This document shows, one piece after another, positions 57,154-64,000 of a stretch of 64,000 nt of DNA. Under the pieces are notes generated by a model. The model was not told the origin of the DNA and made no database searches. It was given only the letters and a program-made list of their open reading frames with translations. Every line of letters starts with the position of its first letter. Position 1 is the first letter of the stretch. Made by a program: the position numbers and the translations under genes. Source of the DNA: an uncultured Armatimonadetes bacterium (GTDB lineage: Bacteria; Armatimonadota; UBA5829; DTJY01); contig OY970325.1 of assembly GCA_963717145.1 (NCBI GenBank), forward strand, positions 2,720,001 to 2,784,000. The letters run 5' to 3'.

Positions 57154-57960
57154 CTAGAATATGCCGTTCATGAACAGACCGCCATTCATGATTACGCCGG
57201 ATGCCTCGTAGACGACGATGCCCGACTGGAAGACCTTGATGCTGAGGCTCGGAACGTCCCAACTGACGCCCGGGGTGAGAACGACCTCGACATTGCTTGA
57301 CAAGGCGGTGTTGCCACCCACGGTGAATCGTGACGGGCCTCTCAGATGCACTTCCGTTATCTCATCGATGCCCATGCCCGGCCCGCCGAGCACCAGTTGG
57401 AGTTCCAAGTCCTGAGACGCTATCTGGACTGGACCCGCCGATCTCTCGGGGTCGAGGAACAACAGCCTGGCGGCCTGCAGGACACCTTCCTGGTCGATAC
57501 GATAGATGATGCCGAAAGTCGCATCCCTGGTCGGGACGATAGACGCATTCGAAGTCGGCTTGCAGATCGGAATCTCGATCTTTCCGCCTGCGAAGACGCC
57601 CAGCCACGTGTCTGAGAAGACGGTGAGCACGGCGGGCATGATGGCGTCGGCAGGGACGCTGGAAAGCGCCTCCACCTTGTATACATCGGCCGGAACGGTC
57701 GTCCTCATGCATACGGCGCCGATGGCGTTGGTGGTCGCTGCCTGAGTTGTCCGGGTGCCACCCCAGATCGTGCTCAACTTGAAGACGATGCTTTGGCCTG
57801 AGACCGCACTGCCGTCGTCCGTCACTTTCGCACACAACTGAACCGTCCTCCTGGATGAGAACAACTGGCCGGTATACTCAGTCATAAAGCACCCGCCCAG
57901 GAACAACGGCAGGCTCAACACGAGAAGTCCAAGTGCCGGCATTCTGATCGTTCTACGCAT
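57154..57960 (-). CDS. Lipoprotein of unknown function
   Basis: AAGGA SD; lipobox LGGC; beta-rich sequence. Confidence 0.65.
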   Translation of the reverse strand: MRRTIRMPALGLLVLSLPLFLGGCFMTEYTGQLFSSRRTVQLCAKVTDDGSAVSGQSIVFKLSTIWGGTRTTQAATTNAIGAVCMRTTVPADVYKVEALSSVPADAIMPAVLTVFSDTWLGVFAGGKIEIPICKPTSNASIVPTRDATFGIIYRIDQEGVLQAARLLFLDPERSAGPVQIASQDLELQLVLGGPGMGIDEITEVHLRGPSRFTVGGNTALSSNVEVVLTPGVSWDVPSLSIKVFQSGIVVYEASGVIMNGGLFMNGIF

Positions 57961-58156
57961 GCTCGATTCCTTTTCTCCTTTGGAGTACACCGGTTTGCCG
58001 CGCCGTCCGGTGCACAAGCAGGGGGTCATTACTCGTCCATTCATACCCAACGGGCGCGTGACGGTAAACTCGCCTCGAATACCCTGGGCCGATTCCGCAG
58101 GACAGCGCCTGTAGAGCGTGGAAGAGTACAGCATCCGGGATTGGAAGGTATCGGAC

Positions 58157-59467
58157 ATGAGCGACGCGGGCGGGGCATCAACCGAGGGAGCGGGCGTGAA
58201 GGAGCAGGCATCGGTCAGTTTCTTCTACATACTGACGCTGGTGATGTTCAGCGTCGGGACGGCGAGCGTGTCGTTCTGCTCGAACCAGGTGCTTCAGATC
58301 ACCCTGCGCCAGTTCACGACGGAGATGAAGCTGATAGGCTTCGTCCTGTCACTCCAGGCGCTCAATCAGTTGTGGGCGACCCCGTATGCCGCATGGAAGT
58401 CCGACCGCATCTGGACCCGCATCGGACGCCGGAAGCCGCTTGTGGTCGTCATGGCGCCGCTCCTGGTGCTCACGGTCGTCCTCGTCCCGCATTGCCCGAC
58501 TCTATGGATGCTCGTCGGCCTCGTCTTCGTACTGCAGATGGCCGAGGATGCCGAGCTTGCCGTGATGATGCCCGCAATCTGCGACTCGGTCCCGGACAAG
58601 CAGAGGCCGCTTGCGACCGGTATGTGGCAGTTCGCGGTGGCAATCGCGGGCTTTGTCATGGGGCGCTATGTGATGAAGCTGATGGAGCCGGGAGAGCATG
58701 TGCTCAGACTATCGGGCTACTCCCTGAGAGTCACCGGCGGCGAACACTGGCCTTACACCGCGGCGGGGATCCTCGTTGCCGTGACCGCTGTGATCTTCAT
58801 GATTGCGATGCGTGAGAAGTACGTGCCTCCGAGGCCGCAGGACAAGTTCAGGCTCTTCTCATACGGGAAAGAGATCTGCCAGGTCAGGGAGCACTTCCTG
58901 ATCTATGTAGTCTTCTTCTTCCAGCCGTTGTTCTACCTGGTCTCGATCGCGTTCTTTGCCACTCTGGCCAAGGTCGAACTGCACATCTCACCCGCCAGGT
59001 ACGGATGGGCTTTCTCTTACGGAGCAATGACGACTCTGATAGCTTCCATCCCGCTCGGGTACCTGTTCAACCGATTCAGGAACCGCAAGGCGTTCTGCAT
59101 CGGCGCGTGTGTCTATGTGATGATTCCAATCACGTTCGGGCTGTTCTACATGAAGACCGCCGTGGACATGGCGATCTTCTTCTCGATGCAGATCCTGGCG
59201 TTCGTCGTCTTCCGGCTGAACTTCATGCCGCTGGTGATGGAGTATACGACTCCGCAGAACGTTGGGACGATCCTTGGCTTCACGAATGCCGTCAATGGCA
59301 TGGTCCGCTTCACCTCGCTGCCGCTCGCGGGCTGGATCATCGATGTTACGCATGGGAGCTGCAGACTGCCGCTCTGGGGAGGCTATGTCGGAGCGATCGC
59401 GTGCATCATCGCACTGCTCATGATGCGCCCGCCGGAGAAGGTTCGGCACTTGCTCGATAGGTGCTAG
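58157..59467 (+). CDS. MFS transporter (sugar/glycoside-type)
   Basis: SDRIWTRIGRRKP loop motif; about 12 hydrophobic segments. Confidence 0.85.
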   Translation: MSDAGGASTEGAGVKEQASVSFFYILTLVMFSVGTASVSFCSNQVLQITLRQFTTEMKLIGFVLSLQALNQLWATPYAAWKSDRIWTRIGRRKPLVVVMAPLLVLTVVLVPHCPTLWMLVGLVFVLQMAEDAELAVMMPAICDSVPDKQRPLATGMWQFAVAIAGFVMGRYVMKLMEPGEHVLRLSGYSLRVTGGEHWPYTAAGILVAVTAVIFMIAMREKYVPPRPQDKFRLFSYGKEICQVREHFLIYVVFFFQPLFYLVSIAFFATLAKVELHISPARYGWAFSYGAMTTLIASIPLGYLFNRFRNRKAFCIGACVYVMIPITFGLFYMKTAVDMAIFFSMQILAFVVFRLNFMPLVMEYTTPQNVGTILGFTNAVNGMVRFTSLPLAGWIIDVTHGSCRLPLWGGYVGAIACIIALLMMRPPEKVRHLLDRC

Positions 59468-59730
59468 GCGTTGCGTGTTGGGTGTTGCGTGTTGGGTGTT
59501 AGGTGTCAGGTGTCAGGTGTTAGGTGTTGGAACCGGACCCGCTAGTCCTGAGTATGCCGGTGAATGACGGCATGTAACGAAGGACGGTCGGACCGGTGCT
59601 AAGGTTGGATCCGCTGCCACCGCCCTTCGTTACATGCCGTCATTCACCGGCATACTCAGGGCTGACGGTTCCCATTCCCGCCCCCAACACTCCAATACTC
59701 CATCACTCCATCACTCCATTTACTCCATCC
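59468..59730. repeat. Composite repeat: heptamer tandem, 37-bp perfect inverted repeat, octamer tandem
   Basis: G(C/G)TGT(T/C)(G/A)-type heptamer units at 59468-59530; IR 59547-59583 / 59624-59660; ACTCCA(T/A)N units at about 59688-59730; lies between convergent genes. Confidence 0.85.
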
Positions 59731-60514
59731 CTAGATTCTTCCGCGCGCCGGTGCAGGGTCGGCAGTCGGGCTGATGGCAGAACAGGACATCGGGCTGTTG
59801 ATCGACCATCTCGACGACTCGCTTGACGACATCCATGCCTTGCATCAGCATCCACTTCGACGGGCCGACCTGCAGGTCACGGATCTCATCGTACCGCCGC
59901 ATCACCGGCTCGACGGCGTCGAACCCGTGGCTGCAGGATGTCGATGTGTCGATCTCATGGCTCACGATCGACCCGTCGGGCATGAGCACCGGGGCGAACG
60001 TCGGGACCTCGAACCAGGAGACCTTCGGGGTGCCCGCATACTCCTCACCGAGATGGACGCTGGTGTTCGAGGTGAAGCCGACTCCGAGGAGGAGCACCTT
60101 GCCGCCCATCTTAGCCAGGCGGTCGATCGGGCTGCCGAGTCCGACCGTGCGGTATGACATGTGGTCCCTGGTCAACTCGACGGCATCCGGGCCGAAGACC
60201 GTCACGGAGTGCGTCGGGTGGAGGCTTCGACGGGCGTCCGGCCGCTTGCGACCGAGTTCCGGGATGATCCCGGTGCGGCACGGTGTGACCGCCGGGTCGA
60301 AGTACGGCTCGGCGATGTTCTTCGTGTAGTTAAACGTCGGGAGCGCGAGGTTGCCCGTCGGACCGACGGCCGCGATCAGGGCGTCGATGACCGCCTCGGG
60401 GCCGCCCTCGACCTCCCCGAGGCTCTTGTACGAGCTGTGGACGATGTAGCTATCCCCCGGCTGAATCCCGATCTCGTGGAGGGCATCGATGAGTTGTTGT
60501 TTGGTAAGAGCCAC
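59720..60514 (-). CDS. AAC(3)/YokD family N-acetyltransferase
   Basis: VHSSYKSLG.VEGG, PTF, TGIIPE, RSLHPTHS, LLLGV...NTSVH.GE; GTG start after GGAGG. Confidence 0.9.
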   Translation of the reverse strand: MALTKQQLIDALHEIGIQPGDSYIVHSSYKSLGEVEGGPEAVIDALIAAVGPTGNLALPTFNYTKNIAEPYFDPAVTPCRTGIIPELGRKRPDARRSLHPTHSVTVFGPDAVELTRDHMSYRTVGLGSPIDRLAKMGGKVLLLGVGFTSNTSVHLGEEYAGTPKVSWFEVPTFAPVLMPDGSIVSHEIDTSTSCSHGFDAVEPVMRRYDEIRDLQVGPSKWMLMQGMDVVKRVVEMVDQQPDVLFCHQPDCRPCTGARKNLGME

Positions 60515-60632
60515 GTGAACCTCCGGCATGCGCACAAGGTTGCTGTAGGGGCGAAGCATTGGCCATCGCAAGTCGACAACCTTACGAATCCGGTAGCCAA
60601 TGCTTCGCCCCTACCGATGAGTTGGTGTGCAA

Positions 60633-62855
60633 TCAGAGCTTCTCGATCCTGAGGGCGATGTCCTTCGTGATCGATGGCAGTTCCATCTCGAGGCCCGCAG
60701 GACCCACCGTCAGCTCCTGCATGTCGGTCTCCTTGCCGGTGTATGTGTCCCAGAACTTGACCTGGTAGCGACCGGAAGGCCATCCGGGGATCTTGAGTCG
60801 TCCGGGAGGCTGCGGCTCGGGCGCCCGCTTGAGAGTACTCACGCGGTACCACGTGTTCTGCGAGTTCTGGATCCAAAGCAGCGATGTGCGATTCCCTCGA
60901 AGCCCGAAGAGCCTGAGGTCCGGCGACGTGCTGAGTTCGGCCTTCTCCAGCAGGTAGTTCACGAGCAGCCAGTCTGTGCCGATGTCCTCGACCATCACCT
61001 TGTGCTCTCCCGCAGGGATCTTCACGGTGTACACACCGTCGTACCCGCGCATCGTCTCGTGCTTCGGGTCGGTCCCCGGGTCGGGCATATCCTTGTCGAG
61101 CACGCGGACACCATCCAACTCGGCGATGAGATGCGCCCCACCGTACCCCGAGACACCCGACACGCGGATCTGCAGCCGGGTCGCGTGCGGCAGGTTCATC
61201 TCGAAGGTAACAGGGTTGTGCAGCGTCGGATGGTTGACGTTGCCGTGCAGGATGCCCGCGACCTCTCCTTCAACAGCAACAGACTTGGGTCCGACTCGCA
61301 CTGTCGTCGGGCGGTTGGCGGTCGACGGCTCCCAGGACGCCGGGCCGGTAATGATCAGATCGGCGTAGGACGGCTTTCCCGGTTCGAGCGAGGTGAATGC
61401 GGCGTTTTCGATCCGCCGGAACGACTCCTTCGGGAAATCGACGCCCTTGATGAAGCTGCTCAGCGCCGCGAAGTGCCCGTACAGGTTGCCCGGTTCGATG
61501 CGGTTGTCCCACCACCAGAGCATCGCCGAGCCCGCCGAGCCGGACATAAGCGTGCTCCAGATGCCGTTGTGGAGGGCGATCGCTTCCGGCGCGATCCCAT
61601 CGCCGCCGCCCGCATCCGTCCCGAACTCGCCGACGTAGTGCGGCTTGCCGTAGGCTTCTTTCTTCCGATGGTTCTGCGTCAGACTAGCTGCGATGTCCCG
61701 CGAGCCGTAGTTGTGCGTCTGGACGTAGTCGATCTGCGGGAGGCGGTCGATCTCCGGCTTGCCGTCCGAGCCCGCGAAACTGGTGGTCCTCAGATGCTTC
61801 CAGGGGTCGATCGAGCGCAGATAGTCGCTCATCTCCGCGTGCCAGCGCGTAACCTCGTCGGGGATGTAGGCGGTCGGCGAGATGATGTCCACCTCGTTCC
61901 AGAACTCCCAGCTCATGACGCGCGTGTCCCATCCGTACCGCGCGACGAGGTACCGCAGCTTGTTCCGATAGAGACGCAGCATGGTCGGGTCTGTCCAGAA
62001 CTCGCGCGGCTCCTTCAATGGCCCGCCATTCGCGGCATTGTGCGGAGTCTGATCCCAGTAGGGATATGCGCCCTCGGAGGTCTTGCGTAGCTCGTTGTAG
62101 CTGTCGAGGCATAGCATCACATACATGCCGCGTTTCGATGCCATGTCGAGCACCTGATCGAGCCGCCAAGCGTTGGCGAGGTCAAACTCCGCGACGGACG
62201 TCTTCTCGAGGGCGAAGGTCGTCCATCCCAGACCGAGCCAGAGCCGAACGTAGTTGCACCCCGCCCGTTCGTACTTCGGCAGCCACGTCTCGTAGCTGAA
62301 CAGGCCGGGCCCATATGCCCAGCAGACGTTCGCGCCGATGGGGACGTATGGCCGATCGTTGTCGAAGGCGAAGTACCGCTTGTCCGACTTGCTGATCCGA
62401 ACGAAGCCGGGGTCGCCGGACGGGACGCACTCGAACTCGATGGGCTTCGATGTCGCGCTCTTGCCCGTGGAGTCCTTCGCCGTGACGAGCAGCGAGTAGC
62501 GACCGATCTGTGAGGGCGAGAACCGGATGCGCCAGCCGGGAGCGCCGTGGGGCGTCATGACCTCATTGCCGCTCTTCAACTCATGCGTGTAGTCCTGGAA
62601 GTAGAACCCCGGCACGGCGATGATCTTTCCGTCCGGCGTGCGGAACCGGCCGTTGACTTCGATCTGCTGCGGGTCGAATGCGTTGTCGTAGTCGCCTTGC
62701 AGGTCGAGCGTGAACTCGACTCTGCCGTAGCGAGGGACCTGGGCGCGGTCAGGCGTCACCTTCCCGAGTTGGAGCGGCTGGTTGGATCTGCCGGCCGCGT
62801 TCGCGACGGTGATCAGCGACAGGATCAGCAAGAGGGAATGCGGCAAACATGTCAT
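60633..62855 (-). CDS. Secreted DUF5060-like plus GH5-like glycoside hydrolase
   Basis: NAFDP...PGFY...WRIRFSP; IGANVCW; WEFWNE (acid/base); QTHNY; VGEFG (nucleophile); WWW. Confidence 0.85.
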   Translation of the reverse strand: MTCLPHSLLLILSLITVANAAGRSNQPLQLGKVTPDRAQVPRYGRVEFTLDLQGDYDNAFDPQQIEVNGRFRTPDGKIIAVPGFYFQDYTHELKSGNEVMTPHGAPGWRIRFSPSQIGRYSLLVTAKDSTGKSATSKPIEFECVPSGDPGFVRISKSDKRYFAFDNDRPYVPIGANVCWAYGPGLFSYETWLPKYERAGCNYVRLWLGLGWTTFALEKTSVAEFDLANAWRLDQVLDMASKRGMYVMLCLDSYNELRKTSEGAYPYWDQTPHNAANGGPLKEPREFWTDPTMLRLYRNKLRYLVARYGWDTRVMSWEFWNEVDIISPTAYIPDEVTRWHAEMSDYLRSIDPWKHLRTTSFAGSDGKPEIDRLPQIDYVQTHNYGSRDIAASLTQNHRKKEAYGKPHYVGEFGTDAGGGDGIAPEAIALHNGIWSTLMSGSAGSAMLWWWDNRIEPGNLYGHFAALSSFIKGVDFPKESFRRIENAAFTSLEPGKPSYADLIITGPASWEPSTANRPTTVRVGPKSVAVEGEVAGILHGNVNHPTLHNPVTFEMNLPHATRLQIRVSGVSGYGGAHLIAELDGVRVLDKDMPDPGTDPKHETMRGYDGVYTVKIPAGEHKVMVEDIGTDWLLVNYLLEKAELSTSPDLRLFGLRGNRTSLLWIQNSQNTWYRVSTLKRAPEPQPPGRLKIPGWPSGRYQVKFWDTYTGKETDMQELTVGPAGLEMELPSITKDIALRIEKL

Positions 62856-62865
62856 CTCGATGGCC

Positions 62866-64000
62866 TCAATACTCCAGCCGGACCGTGAGCTTCCCGGTGA
62901 CGTCGCCGCGGATGACGACCTCGGACTCGGGTTCGCGGAAGTACGCCTTCTCCCACCCGGGCACGCTCACCGACTTCGGGATCTTGCCCTCGGGGTGGCG
63001 GATTCGGAGGTGGACGGCGAGGATGCGCTGCGTGGCGGAAACGTCTATCTCGGCCTCGATGAATCCCTGGGCCACGTGCGACTCGATCCGATAGCCGACC
63101 TTCCCGAGCCGGGTCGGCGCGTTCTTGACCAGGATCACCTTGCCGTCCTCCAGCCAGCGATCGGTGACGAACGGCGCGAGCCACAACTCCCCCCAGCGCT
63201 CCCGGACGAACATCCATGCCGTCTGCTGCAGGAAGTAGCCGGTCTCATGTGTCTTGTTCCATGCGCCGGCGTTGTGGAAATGCTCCCAGAGCGAGAGGTT
63301 CTCGGTGTTGAGCAGAGATGCGAGCGTGTTGAAGTACGATCGGATGAACGGCTTCACGTCGTCGCGCATGGCGTAGATCTCCGCGTTGCGCGTGTAGTAG
63401 GGCTGGACCTTCGAGAAGCCGCCGAGATTGAACCAGTCGGCCTCGCTCTTCGCCGCAGGGTAATCGAACCATCCCTCGGCGAGAAACTGCACGTCCTCCA
63501 TGTGATCGATCATACGCGCCACCTGGTTCCGAGTGGGCTCGATCACTCCCTGGGGCACGAGGTGATGCGCTCCAAGCTCGACATCGTAGCACCAGCTTCG
63601 ATTGCCGTCCTCGCCGGGGAAGAAGATGCCGGTCGGACCGGGGCAGTGGAGTTGGCCGGGGTAGTACTGCACCCACGTGCCGTCCCGAAGCGGAACGACG
63701 GGCGCTCGGCTCGTGCTCCAAGCGTATGCATCGAGGATGTCTTGCCGGAAGTCGGCGGCATCGGCGAGGAAGTCCTGTGCCCATGAGTTTCCGACCGCCC
63801 TGAGCGCCTCCGATGCCTCCATCAGCCCGGCGTAGTAGTAGCCGTTGAGCGCGAAGTGGTAGGCAAACGCATTCCAATCCGCCCCCACTCCCGGCGGCAT
63901 CAGGCCGTATTCGGGCCGATCCCCTCCAGCGTCATCGCCAACCTTCGTCTTCGCGCGCTGATCGACGATCCATTTGCACGCGCGCTCGACCTCGCCCGCG
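62866..64000 (-). CDS. C-terminal part of a large (alpha/alpha)6 glycosidase-like protein (partial)
   Basis: Frame open from the window end: AGEVERACKWIVDQR...YGLMPPGV.ADW...NGYYYAGL; LWLAPFV..RW, NAPTRLG; overall layout resembles the C-terminus of 30638-33895. Confidence 0.7.
   Translation of the reverse strand, partial: AGEVERACKWIVDQRAKTKVGDDAGGDRPEYGLMPPGVGADWNAFAYHFALNGYYYAGLMEASEALRAVGNSWAQDFLADAADFRQDILDAYAWSTSRAPVVPLRDGTWVQYYPGQLHCPGPTGIFFPGEDGNRSWCYDVELGAHHLVPQGVIEPTRNQVARMIDHMEDVQFLAEGWFDYPAAKSEADWFNLGGFSKVQPYYTRNAEIYAMRDDVKPFIRSYFNTLASLLNTENLSLWEHFHNAGAWNKTHETGYFLQQTAWMFVRERWGELWLAPFVTDRWLEDGKVILVKNAPTRLGKVGYRIESHVAQGFIEAEIDVSATQRILAVHLRIRHPEGKIPKSVSVPGWEKAYFREPESEVVIRGDVTGKLTVRLEY

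Noticed and set aside
59468..59730. CRISPR array
   Set aside because: Repeats are 7-8-nt tandem units or a single inverted pair; no spacers and no cas genes.

Overview
GC-rich bacterial chromosomal window from a diderm, since it encodes a secretin and a beta-barrel-like protein. The gene style is tentatively Armatimonadota-like, which is inference only. It has two halves. (i) A cell-surface block (1-24.3 kb) with a near-complete Tad/Flp pilus operon (flp, cpaA, tadE, tadG, cpaB, cpaC, cpaE, cpaF, tadB, tadC), a 1753-aa Cys-rich secreted protein built of four alternating A/B Ig-like repeat pairs with putative isopeptide triads, a peroxiredoxin remnant, a caspase-fold (His/Cys) protein paired with a PepSY-like lipoprotein, and a 1395-aa FN3/LVIVD protein. 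(ii) A carbohydrate-catabolic block (25-64 kb) with clan GH-A and (alpha/alpha)6-type hydrolase-like proteins, two DUF4838-like paralogues, two non-canonical URO-D-family proteins, MFS transporters, a sulfatase, an M55 peptidase and an AAC(3)-family enzyme. This block is interrupted by a second, satellite Tad operon that lacks secretin and prepilin peptidase but has its own pilin and a vWA tip protein. Four single-base frameshifts (both tadC genes, tadE2 and one Tat protein) most likely reflect long-read errors. Intergenic DNA holds several REP/REPIN-like palindromes, one ~125-bp element present twice, and a promoter-led structured region that may be an ncRNA. No rRNA, tRNA, CRISPR array or transposase was recognised. 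All domain names come from motif recognition by eye, not from database searches.
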